A stretch of DNA of 64,000 nt from a virus. The notes beneath the pieces are model-generated. The model worked only from the letters and a program-made list of their open reading frames with translations, did not search any database and was not told the origin of the DNA. Shown piece after piece: positions 27,151 through 37,712 of this stretch. Location: the IMG/VR virus record IMGVR_UViG_3300002144_000695; one strand, given 5' to 3'. Within the stretch, counting starts at the first letter, position 1, and each line of letters opens with the position of its first letter. The position numbers and the translations under genes are program-made.

Positions 27151-30100
27151 ATGTTAACACAATATAAAAATATCGAACAAATACGAACAGCGGTTAAATC
27201 TACTACTGGCAATAGACTTGAAAAGACTAAAACAGATCTATTAAGTTATTCTGCAGTTGACCGCGTAGTTCGTGTTCCTCAGATAGTTAATGCTAATAAT
27301 GAGTTTCGTACTGAGTTACATATATATTCTTCAGATTCTTGGATAACTGGAAATCATAAAATACAGTTACAATCAAAAATTCCGGAATATCGAGATACTG
27401 TAACTAATCAATTGATTCAATTACCAGGACAACCAATTGCAATTGATTTATATAAAGAATTTGATAATTTAAAATTAACATCTGGTAATTTTAAAATTGC
27501 AATTAATTTCTTTAAAAATTTAATTGGTAACTATGAACAACAGCATTTAAGGATTGATGAAATATCGCCAGACCGTACGGAAATACGTTTACGAGCAATC
27601 GATGATGATAATGTAGACTTTTTACGTGAACTAACAAACTACGTACGTACCGTTAATCATACGTCTCGAATACCATATCATAAAACATATATACTAAATT
27701 TTAGTAGAAATCAAACATTGATGTTTGTTAATAGTGTTGTTATAGGAGAATATGTATATATTAAATTATATGAACCTTTACCTACTACAATTGATGTTAA
27801 TTTTAAATGTTGGATTGTAGAAGAATTAAAAAGTCCATATATTGATAATGTTTCAGTACGTGTCGGGCAATTATTAAAACAATTTAATAAATTATCAAAC
27901 CCTAATTGGTATGCAAACTCGTCATATACTACGTCAACTGAAACGGGATTACGTAATTGGAATGATTTATTAGGATCATCTGTACAAACATCACAGCAAA
28001 TTGTTGATGCATATTTTTCTGGAAGTTTATCTGGTGTTAAATTAAATATTGATTATTCAGATTTCAATAATTTTATATTTTATAGTTCTGCAACAGAACG
28101 TTTAGAAAACTTTCGTTATAAGTTAGAATTATTAGAATATTATACATCACAGTCGTTATTAGTATCTGAATTATCAGGAAGTGTTGCAACTACGAATGTA
28201 GCTGATTACGAACTAAGTCGAACTACATTAATTAGTGGGTTCGACTCATTTGAACAATATTTATATTATCAATCATCATCTATATTAACTACAAATGCAA
28301 TACCACACGAATCTCCAAATGTAGCACAAATAACTGGAAGTTATATAACGCCAGTTCCTAAAACTAATTTAACTATACCATACACATTATCAGCAACTAC
28401 TAGTACACAATTTAATAATTGGTTTGACTTATTAATAAGCAGTGCGTCTTTATATGATCAATTAAATATTAACTCGTTAGTCTATACAATACCAGAATAT
28501 ATTCGTTATGATGTACGTAACGAAGAACTATCTACATTTGTTAATATGTTAGGGCATCATTATGATATACTTTATACGTATATTAATCATATGTCTAAAA
28601 TACATAAACGAGATGAAAACCCGAAGTTGGGTATGCCAAATGAATTGTTGTATTCTGTAGCAAAACAGTTTGGATGGAATTTAACTGATGGGAATCAATA
28701 TCAGGATTTATGGCAATATGTTTTAGGAACTAATGAGACTGGCACGCCATTAACTGGATCAAATACTGTCGGCGATCCTAGTGTTGCTGGTAGAGATATG
28801 ACGTATGCTGTTTGGCGACGCATTGTTAACAATTTACCTTTATTGTTGAAAAGTAAAGGAACAAAAAGAAGTGTGCAGGCTTTATTAAGTTGTTATGGAA
28901 TTCCACAGTCAATGATATCAATCAATGAATATGGCGGACCTAGACTAGACAGAATGCCAGTTTATGAAAAATTAAACTTTGATTATGCATTAGATTTAAT
29001 TGCAAATACAGCTGGAACAGTTACTGTCAATTATACGCAACCAATAAACACCGTAGAGCTACGTTTTAGAACGGATAATGTAGTAACTAATCCTACGATA
29101 CCAAGCACCATGAACTTATTTAATATAGGTTCTAACGCAGTAACATTGGATTATAGTAGCGGTACTATGGGTACGATACAAATTAATGGTACTGGATCTG
29201 CAAATATAGAAATGTTTGACGGAGGATGGCTAACAACTATATTAAAAACGTCGGGGTCTGCATTACAGGTTGTTGTTAAACGATCAAAACACGGAAAAAT
29301 TGTTGCAGCAGTATCGGCTTCAGCTACCGCATCATTTGCTGGCACAGGAACACTTACTTTAGGCGGTACTAGTGCAGGCGCTAGTCGTCTTCAAGGTAAA
29401 CTTCAAGAATTAAGATTATGGACATCTAGTTTAGAAAATATTGCATTTGATAATCATGTAAAAGCACCAGCAGCGTATGATGGCAACGTTGATACATATT
29501 CTGAATTAATATTTAGATTGCCATTAACACAAAAAATTAATCATAATTTAACTTCGAGTTTAATTGGTGTTGAGCCCAATGCCTCAAATATATCTGCTTC
29601 ATTTGACAATTGGACAAATGATACTCCATACGATTCAATCGAAGAAACATATTATTATAATGCACCATCACTTGGTGCAGGAACATTTGATGATAATAAA
29701 ATACGATTAGAAGATAATAACTTAGTTGGAACATTAGATGTTAAAACTAGAGCAGAGCGCAGTGAGTTTGACAAATCGCCATTAGATAGTAAAAAATTAG
29801 GAGTATATTTTTCTCCGCAAACAATGATTGATGAAGATATTATTGCTCACTTTGGATATGAAGAATTAGATCAATATATTGGCGATCCTGGAACAGTTGA
29901 AAATAAATCATACCCTAGATTAATTCAAGTAGCTCAAAATTATTGGAAAAAATATTCTGACAGAAATGATATGAATGCATATATTAACATGTTTACATTG
30001 TTTGATTTGTCATTCTTTAAACAACTAGAACAATTGTTGCCAGCCCGGGCTGATAAATTATTAGGCATATTAATTCAACCTAATCTTTTAGAGCGTAGCA

Positions 30101-30708
30101 AAGATAAAATATTGCCGGATATAAAAAGATATGATTCTGCGTACGCAGTTGTTATTCATGAAATGTATCCAACAAGCTCAGGAGATTATCTTCAATATGT
30201 TGGCTCAATTGAAGGTAAAATATTAGACATTGTTGCATCTGATGACGACCAATGGCAAATGTATGTAACTGCTTCTGCAGAGAAAAAATATAATGGTACT
30301 ACGTATTCATATGAATATTTAATTCATTCTGGTAGTACATGGATAACAGGCTCTACACCATATTGGAGAAGTGAAGCAGTATCGCCAGTAATAATATCTG
30401 CAGTAACATCTGAATACTTATTCAAATCTGGTTCATTCACATCTGTCACGGCATCTTATGGTGTTGGTAGTTACGGATCGTCTGTATATGGAGTTGACCT
30501 TGTAAATAACTTAGCTCAAGTGCAAGACTATCTGCCGGCCGGCATACGAAATCAAAGATATGATGGAACTAAAATTTCTAGTCCTAGATTTAATATTGAT
30601 TCAAGACAAACTGTCGACGGTGGCCCAGTTGTTGAATTTAGATCAGCAAATGCAAATCAATTGATATATCAACAAAATGGAGAACAAGGTAGTTTTGTAT
30701 TAGTTTAA
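27151..30708 (+). CDS. large baseplate protein (gp7/gpI-like with LamG-like insert)
   Basis: 1185 aa; LLKSKGTKRSVQALL.CYGI pattern; LQELRLW LamG-type motif. Confidence 0.65.
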   Translation: MLTQYKNIEQIRTAVKSTTGNRLEKTKTDLLSYSAVDRVVRVPQIVNANNEFRTELHIYSSDSWITGNHKIQLQSKIPEYRDTVTNQLIQLPGQPIAIDLYKEFDNLKLTSGNFKIAINFFKNLIGNYEQQHLRIDEISPDRTEIRLRAIDDDNVDFLRELTNYVRTVNHTSRIPYHKTYILNFSRNQTLMFVNSVVIGEYVYIKLYEPLPTTIDVNFKCWIVEELKSPYIDNVSVRVGQLLKQFNKLSNPNWYANSSYTTSTETGLRNWNDLLGSSVQTSQQIVDAYFSGSLSGVKLNIDYSDFNNFIFYSSATERLENFRYKLELLEYYTSQSLLVSELSGSVATTNVADYELSRTTLISGFDSFEQYLYYQSSSILTTNAIPHESPNVAQITGSYITPVPKTNLTIPYTLSATTSTQFNNWFDLLISSASLYDQLNINSLVYTIPEYIRYDVRNEELSTFVNMLGHHYDILYTYINHMSKIHKRDENPKLGMPNELLYSVAKQFGWNLTDGNQYQDLWQYVLGTNETGTPLTGSNTVGDPSVAGRDMTYAVWRRIVNNLPLLLKSKGTKRSVQALLSCYGIPQSMISINEYGGPRLDRMPVYEKLNFDYALDLIANTAGTVTVNYTQPINTVELRFRTDNVVTNPTIPSTMNLFNIGSNAVTLDYSSGTMGTIQINGTGSANIEMFDGGWLTTILKTSGSALQVVVKRSKHGKIVAAVSASATASFAGTGTLTLGGTSAGASRLQGKLQELRLWTSSLENIAFDNHVKAPAAYDGNVDTYSELIFRLPLTQKINHNLTSSLIGVEPNASNISASFDNWTNDTPYDSIEETYYYNAPSLGAGTFDDNKIRLEDNNLVGTLDVKTRAERSEFDKSPLDSKKLGVYFSPQTMIDEDIIAHFGYEELDQYIGDPGTVENKSYPRLIQVAQNYWKKYSDRNDMNAYINMFTLFDLSFFKQLEQLLPARADKLLGILIQPNLLERSKDKILPDIKRYDSAYAVVIHEMYPTSSGDYLQYVGSIEGKILDIVASDDDQWQMYVTASAEKKYNGTTYSYEYLIHSGSTWITGSTPYWRSEAVSPVIISAVTSEYLFKSGSFTSVTASYGVGSYGSSVYGVDLVNNLAQVQDYLPAGIRNQRYDGTKISSPRFNIDSRQTVDGGPVVEFRSANANQLIYQQNGEQGSFVLV

Positions 30709-30757
30709 CGGCAAAATTAACAATATGTATATTTATATTAAATAAGGTTAAAACACT

Positions 30758-31408
30758 ATGGGATATTTAGATAATACAAGCGTAACAATTGACGCTATAT
30801 TAACATTAAAAGGTCGTGAGTTGCTAGCTAAAGGTGGAAATGCTTTTAGTATTACTCAATTTGCAGTAGGAGATGATGAAGTTGATTATTCATTATGGAA
30901 TCCAGATCATCCACTCGGAACAAACTATTATGGTACTATTATTGAAAATATGCCAATAACTGAAGCAATACCGGATGAAACTCAAGCGCTTAAATATAAA
31001 TTAATTACATTACCTAAACAAACTACAAATATACCGGTTATTACTGTTGGTAATACATTGATTACATTATTAGCTCCAGGAGATGGTGCAGTTATTGCAC
31101 CTAATACAAGCAATTTCCAAGGAGGAAATTCTAACTTAGGATATACAGCAATATTATCTGACTCAACAGTTGCAGACATACAAGTTACTAAAGCGTTACA
31201 AAATTCAGTGCTTCCAACTACGCCTAGATTTATTGGGGATAATGAAGATGCACAAAGTGTAGCAGTAGCAGGATTTGAATTCCGAATTGTTGCTAAGACA
31301 CAAATGTTGGAAGATAAAACAGCATCAATTACTATTATAGCTAACGAAACTGGTGGTAGTGTGACAGTTAATTTGACAGTTAAACGCGTAACAACAGCAA
31401 CTAATTAA
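30758..31408 (+). CDS. tail collar/baseplate protein
   Basis: DAILTLKGRELLA...ITQFAVGDDEVDY N-terminus. Confidence 0.6.
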   Translation: MGYLDNTSVTIDAILTLKGRELLAKGGNAFSITQFAVGDDEVDYSLWNPDHPLGTNYYGTIIENMPITEAIPDETQALKYKLITLPKQTTNIPVITVGNTLITLLAPGDGAVIAPNTSNFQGGNSNLGYTAILSDSTVADIQVTKALQNSVLPTTPRFIGDNEDAQSVAVAGFEFRIVAKTQMLEDKTASITIIANETGGSVTVNLTVKRVTTATN

Positions 31409-31419
31409 TAGGCAAAGAA

Positions 31420-32721
31420 ATGAATAATATAATGATTAACAGTTTAAAACAACAACCTAGACATGGTCAAACTCCGGACGCACGAAATGCACCAAATGGA
31501 ACTAGTCCAGCGCGTATCGACACAGCATTCAATGTACCGGTAGTACCTGGAGCAAATAATGCAGCTGCTTCAGTAACAGAGCAAGTTCAACAATTGGCCA
31601 TGGCTCTAGCTAATCAAATGATTGCTGAACAACAACAAAGTCAAATATTATCTAGGAACGGCCGAGTTTTTACAAAATTTGATTCTGTTAATGACATAGT
31701 CTCTAATCAAGCTGAGATTGTAACAAGTGGATTATGGTCTGATAACGTTGCTAATTTAACAACTTATTTTACTTCGTCAACTGCTACATTATCACAACGT
31801 AGATATTATATTGATGTTTATCAAGATGCTCCAGCAAATGAAGGTGCGGCTGTACAATATGCGTTAGCATATGGACATGCATTAGGTAGTGGATCTGATT
31901 CGCAGGGGCAATTAAATGATTCTCCTAGTAAAGCTATTTATTCTCAATATCGTCAATTGTTACTTAATCCGTCTGATACTAGATTTGCAACTGCAGGTAG
32001 TGGAAGTACTGATTCAGTATATGTTGTTAATTTTAAACGCAATCGTTTGAAAGAACGTTTAGATGCAGGAAATTTTGAAGTACCATTCGTTAAGATTAGT
32101 TCACGTACAACTAATGCAACGGGGTCAGTAGCAACTGGTTCAGGTATAGTCACATTAATTGATGATTCATCAATTGCTGCAGCAACATTAGTAGGGTCAG
32201 GTAAAGTATATAATATTGTCTCAGGATCGATTGCATCAGGTGTACATAATCCAACAGCACCAGTTTATTATGGATTAGTTTATCCAGATTATGGTACATT
32301 GATTTTAGACGGTAAAATGATGGATCAACAATTAGGATTTGCGACAGTAACTGGTTCTAGTGTTGAAGGAAATAATCATTTCGTATTGCATCATTCAATA
32401 TCAGGCTCAGCTTATTTTACCAATCCATTAACATCTGATCCATATGGTTTCCAAGCACGTAGCTCAGAAAAAATTACAAGCACACATTATTTTGTAAGAA
32501 TTAAAAATGCTGAATATAACTTTTCAAATAATCCATCATATGTTACAGGTAGTGTCGGTGAATTATCGCAGACATCATTTGTAGGAGATCCTAAAACATA
32601 TATTACAACGGTTGGGCTATATAATGATCGTCAAGAATTATTAGCAGTAGCTAAATTGAGTCAAGCATTATTAAAAACATTCCAACGAGAAGCATTGATC
32701 CGAGTTAAATTAGATTTCTAA
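31420..32721 (+). CDS. virion structural protein
   Basis: C-terminal YITTVGLYND..ELLAVAKLS motif shared with the next gene. Confidence 0.65.
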   Translation: MNNIMINSLKQQPRHGQTPDARNAPNGTSPARIDTAFNVPVVPGANNAAASVTEQVQQLAMALANQMIAEQQQSQILSRNGRVFTKFDSVNDIVSNQAEIVTSGLWSDNVANLTTYFTSSTATLSQRRYYIDVYQDAPANEGAAVQYALAYGHALGSGSDSQGQLNDSPSKAIYSQYRQLLLNPSDTRFATAGSGSTDSVYVVNFKRNRLKERLDAGNFEVPFVKISSRTTNATGSVATGSGIVTLIDDSSIAAATLVGSGKVYNIVSGSIASGVHNPTAPVYYGLVYPDYGTLILDGKMMDQQLGFATVTGSSVEGNNHFVLHHSISGSAYFTNPLTSDPYGFQARSSEKITSTHYFVRIKNAEYNFSNNPSYVTGSVGELSQTSFVGDPKTYITTVGLYNDRQELLAVAKLSQALLKTFQREALIRVKLDF

Positions 32722-32738
32722 AATAATACACTGAATTA

Positions 32739-32776
32739 GACCCTGTTATATTTATATTAAATGTAGCAGGGTTTTT
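32739..32776 (+). terminator. terminator-like hairpin whose loop is the late promoter motif
   Basis: GACCCTGTTA-[TATTTATATTAAATG]-TAGCAGGGTT-TTT. Confidence 0.6.
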
Positions 32777-32783
32777 ACTGAAT

Positions 32784-34355
32784 ATGGCAGAATCTAAAAT
32801 AAAAAACGACGAACAATCATATCAAGGCATATATCCATCTGTTTTTAAAAAAATTGATGGCGCCGACGTTATGATTAATCCTTTCCAAGTATTTAAACCT
32901 TGGTCTGTTATTTCTGGTAGCAGTACTAGTAGTGTATTACCACTACAAGCTATTTATTCTGATATTAATTATTTGCCAGCATTGGGGTCTGAATTAACAT
33001 TTAATGATGCTAAAAACATTGATGATAGTTTGCAAACTATATCATATTGGAGTATCAATCATTTATACTATAAATACAAAGAATCACCAGCATTAACATT
33101 CGGCCCGACAGATTTAACTCGTACAAAAAAAGCATTATATTTAACGGCTTCGATACTATCATTTCCACAAAATAAAATTGGAGAAGGAATTAAACCAAAC
33201 TCATTTACATTGAATGGATCTGTTACATTAGCATCTGATCGATATAGCAATTTGTATGATGTTGCATTTGATACTAGTTCAATTGTTAATGATGTAAAAT
33301 GGTATGACGGATTCAATGAATATTTTGATGTTTCGAGATTTACTAGTATAAATTCGGGAGTATCTTTTATATCCGGAGTGCCTAGCACCGACGGGGCTCA
33401 ATTACCTATAGGATATGCTGCTAAGTTTGATGGTGCTGGCTATATTGAATCAACATTGAATGGATTTTATGATCGAGATCATGATTATGCAATTTCATTT
33501 TTTATTTCAGGATCAAATACAGATTTACAAGATCAGTTGATTTTAGCAAAAGCATCTAGTAGTTTATCTACATCATATCCATTTAAAATTGAATTGAGTG
33601 GCAGCAATCAATTGATTTTTACAGCTGCTGGCAGTACTACGTTTAAAACACAGATAACATCATCTACTGCAGTTGCAACTTGGCAACATGTTGTATGTCA
33701 AAAAACAGGTAGTAGTTTAGAATTGTATATTGACGGAGTTTTAGAATCTTCTGTAACGGATACGTTACTAGTTAATACATTATCTCCATTTACAGCATCT
33801 GCTAGGATAGATAATACAAACAATTTGTTTATAGGCGGTTTTAATACCCAAAGCTCAAATTTACAAGGTGTTCTAGATGAAGTTAGAATATTTAATAAGT
33901 CTCTTACCACTAGCAACATAAGTTCTCTTAAGGACCGTAGCGAAGGCGGCACGTTTTTGCAGACAGCAAATGTTGGCAATGTATTTAGCAAACATGGCGT
34001 TGTTGTAATATCATCGCCAGACTATCGATATAATAATATTTTAAATACTCCATTTACATCAAGTTATCGTAGCACAGTAACTATCAATGAATTTAGTGTA
34101 TTAACCAAATTAGATGCTGGCGATTTTAATATGTCGACCAATTTAACATTGACTCGAGATGATGATTCTACATATCTTCCATTTGTAAGTGGTAGTGACT
34201 TTGCGCCATATATTACTACAATTGGATTATATAATGACTCAGGACAATTATTAGCAATTGGAAAATTAGCACAACCAATTAAAAAGCGAAATGATGTAGA
34301 TATGAATTTTTTAATTCGTATTGATTTAGATAAAAATATTTCATTTAAAGGATAA
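32784..34355 (+). CDS. LamG/concanavalin-domain virion protein
   Basis: WQHVVCQK, LYIDG, LDEVRIFNKSL; C-terminal YITTIGLYND. Confidence 0.75.
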   Translation: MAESKIKNDEQSYQGIYPSVFKKIDGADVMINPFQVFKPWSVISGSSTSSVLPLQAIYSDINYLPALGSELTFNDAKNIDDSLQTISYWSINHLYYKYKESPALTFGPTDLTRTKKALYLTASILSFPQNKIGEGIKPNSFTLNGSVTLASDRYSNLYDVAFDTSSIVNDVKWYDGFNEYFDVSRFTSINSGVSFISGVPSTDGAQLPIGYAAKFDGAGYIESTLNGFYDRDHDYAISFFISGSNTDLQDQLILAKASSSLSTSYPFKIELSGSNQLIFTAAGSTTFKTQITSSTAVATWQHVVCQKTGSSLELYIDGVLESSVTDTLLVNTLSPFTASARIDNTNNLFIGGFNTQSSNLQGVLDEVRIFNKSLTTSNISSLKDRSEGGTFLQTANVGNVFSKHGVVVISSPDYRYNNILNTPFTSSYRSTVTINEFSVLTKLDAGDFNMSTNLTLTRDDDSTYLPFVSGSDFAPYITTIGLYNDSGQLLAIGKLAQPIKKRNDVDMNFLIRIDLDKNISFKG

Positions 34356-34357
34356 CA

Positions 34358-34900
34358 ATGATACGATTAAAATCATTATTAGAAATAGTTGACGACGAAT
34401 TGCGAAGATTGCTAGATAAAATAAAAAATAAACAATTTAGATATATTGGATCTGGAGATAATGGGCGTGTATATGAAATTGATGGTGAAGACCGCGTATT
34501 TAAAATTACACAAGAACGCGATGAATTTGAAGTGGCTGAGGTAATTGTTGGGCGCTCAAGCGAATTTACAACATTTATACCAGTTTATTATGTTAATCCA
34601 GAAAAACGTTTATATATAATGGCTAACGCAGAACCAATATCTAGTTCAACTCGAGTTATGGTAGAAAAGTTTATGCAAAGTTTTGCTCAGTATGCTAGAT
34701 CAGAAGGCGGCGAAGTTAGTATATTTGAATTTTTAGATAATGACGGAGCTAGAAATATTGATACGAAACTAGTTAATTTTTTACGCGCGTTACAACAAGA
34801 TGTTCAAAGAACAGGCATAGCTGAATTTGATTTAGATTTAGATTTTAGTTCAAATAACATCATGATGTGGGATAATAAAATGGTGCTAGTTGACTGGTAA
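34358..34900 (+). CDS. minimal protein-kinase-like protein with MIRLKSLLE leader
   Basis: Gly loop IGSGDNG, VFK lysine, DFSSNN catalytic loop, VLVD. Confidence 0.7.
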   Translation: MIRLKSLLEIVDDELRRLLDKIKNKQFRYIGSGDNGRVYEIDGEDRVFKITQERDEFEVAEVIVGRSSEFTTFIPVYYVNPEKRLYIMANAEPISSSTRVMVEKFMQSFAQYARSEGGEVSIFEFLDNDGARNIDTKLVNFLRALQQDVQRTGIAEFDLDLDFSSNNIMMWDNKMVLVDW

Positions 34901-34928
34901 AATTAATATTTATAATAAATGGAACAAG

Positions 34929-36086
34929 ATGAGTAAATTATTAGAACAAATAATTAAAAACGTATTAGTAGAACAATTGGATACTAAATATGTAGTAATA
35001 AAACCAATGTCAAAATCAAAGCGTCAACTAGTTGTTGCTGCAGGCGGAGTAACTGGATTTGAAGTTATTATAAAATTTAGAGGTGAACAACCTAACGTTA
35101 GCACCATAATTAGCAATATTAAAACATATATACAAGCAGATGTTAGAGTTGGAGAAAACAGCGCCTATGACATTTTTGATGACATATCTAATACTCCTAG
35201 ATACATGTATGTTATTGGAGATGATATTGCAAAATCTAATCGTCGTATAAAATTGAATGTATGGATTATTGCTATTAGTCCACTGGATTATCTAGCAGAT
35301 AAGATTGATGAGTTAGATAACAATAATGATAGATATCAAAAACAAATAGATTCTTTACGAGAATTCTTCATAGGAGACAATATTTCAGTCTTCCGAGCAG
35401 CTGACGCTAAGAAATGGATTGCTATATTAAAATTACAAGCTACAAATCGAGACCTAGAATTATTTGATCCTCAACTTAAAAGAAAAGTCATGTTTCCAGA
35501 CCTTTCTACTATTAATAAACAAGAATTAGACGATCCAGACATAGAAACTGGTATAGTAAAAATTGATAGTACAAATCAAAAAGAATATAATACTACATTT
35601 ACAGGCACTGCAGAAGTTTCATATGATTCATATGGAAATAAAAAACTAACATATGTTAATGGATATTTGCCCCGCGTCTATCGTATTACCGATAAAATGC
35701 CTGCAACATATACTGGAGAATTTATAGATGGTATGCCTAGCAATGGAAAAGTAGTTTACAATGATGGTGAAACTTGGGAAGGCGAAATAACGTCGACTGC
35801 CGTAAGAAATGAAGCTGGAAAAATTGTGAGCTTTCAATTTATTAAAACTAAAAATACAAAAGTATCGAATTTGAAAATAAAATATCCATATACAAAAGGC
35901 AAAAATATCGTTTATACAATGTCTGATTCAGATCCACAAGTATATGTTAAAGTTAATGATCAGTGGTTTGCTACAAAAAAATCTGAATTTGAGTTATCTT
36001 TAAACGGCGGGCCAGAGCCTGCACCTATTACAATACCAAAAACAAATACAGATGTATATAATAAACTAGATGCATTAATTAAATAA
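34929..36086 (+). CDS. hypothetical protein, MORN-like segment
   Basis: Track start 34890; ATG34929 follows the late motif at 34906; YTGEFIDG..NGKVVY..GETWEGE. Confidence 0.65.
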   Translation: MSKLLEQIIKNVLVEQLDTKYVVIKPMSKSKRQLVVAAGGVTGFEVIIKFRGEQPNVSTIISNIKTYIQADVRVGENSAYDIFDDISNTPRYMYVIGDDIAKSNRRIKLNVWIIAISPLDYLADKIDELDNNNDRYQKQIDSLREFFIGDNISVFRAADAKKWIAILKLQATNRDLELFDPQLKRKVMFPDLSTINKQELDDPDIETGIVKIDSTNQKEYNTTFTGTAEVSYDSYGNKKLTYVNGYLPRVYRITDKMPATYTGEFIDGMPSNGKVVYNDGETWEGEITSTAVRNEAGKIVSFQFIKTKNTKVSNLKIKYPYTKGKNIVYTMSDSDPQVYVKVNDQWFATKKSEFELSLNGGPEPAPITIPKTNTDVYNKLDALIK

Positions 36087-36090
36087 AGTT

Positions 36091-36573
36091 ATGGCGAAAA
36101 ATCATTGGCACAGTGCAGGGAACACAAAACGTTCTGAAGCATATAAATACGGTTATAAATCAGGATTAGAACATACAGTTGCAGAAACAATAAAAAGTTT
36201 AAATTATCCTTTGAATTATGAGACAGAAACATTAAATTATATAGTTCCTGAGCGTAAAGCAAAATATACGCCAGACTTTGTATTTACTAAAAAAGATGGT
36301 ACATTGATGTTGATTGAAACAAAAGGTCGATGGACCAGTATAGATCGACTTAAAATGAAACATGTATTAACATCAAATCCTGGTGTTGATATAAGAATGG
36401 TATTTCAATCTCCTACACAAAAAATATCAAAATCTAGCAAAACTACATATGAAACATATGCAAATAAATTAGGCATAACTCATGTTGCCAAAAAAGATAT
36501 TCCAGCAGAATGGTATGAAGAATGTTTGAAAAATGGCGAAGATCCAAAGACAATTAAAACTTTTTTTGGATAA
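36091..36573 (+). CDS. endonuclease I-type Holliday junction resolvase (T7 gp3-like)
   Basis: YKSGLE, YTPDF, IETKGRW...DR.K. Confidence 0.88.
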   Translation: MAKNHWHSAGNTKRSEAYKYGYKSGLEHTVAETIKSLNYPLNYETETLNYIVPERKAKYTPDFVFTKKDGTLMLIETKGRWTSIDRLKMKHVLTSNPGVDIRMVFQSPTQKISKSSKTTYETYANKLGITHVAKKDIPAEWYEECLKNGEDPKTIKTFFG

Positions 36574-36576
36574 AGG

Positions 36577-36762
36577 TTTGATTTGTGAAAAATATTTAAT
36601 ATATTCATGAATAATTAATGAAAGCATTTTATTAATAGATTATTTGAAAATTTATTTTTAAATGATCGTTATGCCAGGAATGAAATGTATGTGCATAACT
36701 AAATAATTTAGTTATATATTATAATATTAAATTGGAATCGAACTAGAATTTCATTATATTAA
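36577..36762 (+). promoter_or_regulatory. tandem host-type promoters flanking a structured leader
   Basis: TTTGAT-N17-TATATTCA(36600) and TTGGA-N18-TATATTAA(36755). Confidence 0.5.
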
Positions 36763-36767
36763 TATTA

Positions 36768-37712
36768 ATGAAGAATCTCAAGTTACTACAATTATTAGAA
36801 TCGGTATTAGGTAAAGGAAAATCTACATCTGGTGACAATATAGCATTCTTCTCCCCATTTGTTTCTCATTATAAACCTAAATTAGAAATTAATATCAATA
36901 CCAATCATGCTGGAGAAAATACTTGGCATTGTTGGATATCAGATAAAAAAGGTCGTAGTATTGGTACTTTATTTAAACAATTAAATTTATCTAAAGAAAA
37001 GTTTGAACAACTTAACCGTATCATTGAAACAACCCGTTATCGATCAAAAGATACTTCTGCAGAAAAAATTGAAGTAATTCAACTTCCAGAAGATTATCGT
37101 CCCTTGTGGATTAAAAAATTAACACCTGATTATAGAAATGCAATTCACTATTTAACCAATCGAGGTATAACTATTTTTGATATTATCAAATATAGAATTG
37201 GATATTGTGAAAATGGAGAATATGCAGGAAAAATTATAATTCCAAGTTATAATTCGGCTGGACAGCTAAATTATTTTGTTAGTAGAGCATTTTATAAAAA
37301 TGATAAATTTAAACATAAAAATCCTAAAATATCAAAAGACATTATTGGGTTTGAAATGTTTATCAATTGGGCCGAGCCAATAATTTTATGTGAAGGATCA
37401 TTTGATGCTATTTCAATTAAAAGAAATGCAATACCACTTTTTGGAAAAATTATTCAACCTGCATTGCAAAAGAAAATAATTGAAGAACATGTACGAAACA
37501 TTTATATTTGTTTAGATGCAGATGCTTTAAAGAATGCAATTCAAATTGCTCAGCGGTTTATGGGTGAAGGATTAAATGTATATTTTGTTGAGTTAAAAGA
37601 CGAAGATGCATCAGAATTAGGATTTAAAAAAATTACAGAAATATTGTCAAATGTTGAGGTATTAACCTTTGAAGGTTTGATGCAATTAAAAATGGGAATG
37701 CTATGGGCATAA
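36768..37712 (+). CDS. DNA primase (DnaG/Toprim type)
   Basis: KIIIP, LCEGSFDA, CLDADA Toprim motifs; degenerate zinc-binding N-terminus. Confidence 0.88.
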   Translation: MKNLKLLQLLESVLGKGKSTSGDNIAFFSPFVSHYKPKLEININTNHAGENTWHCWISDKKGRSIGTLFKQLNLSKEKFEQLNRIIETTRYRSKDTSAEKIEVIQLPEDYRPLWIKKLTPDYRNAIHYLTNRGITIFDIIKYRIGYCENGEYAGKIIIPSYNSAGQLNYFVSRAFYKNDKFKHKNPKISKDIIGFEMFINWAEPIILCEGSFDAISIKRNAIPLFGKIIQPALQKKIIEEHVRNIYICLDADALKNAIQIAQRFMGEGLNVYFVELKDEDASELGFKKITEILSNVEVLTFEGLMQLKMGMLWA

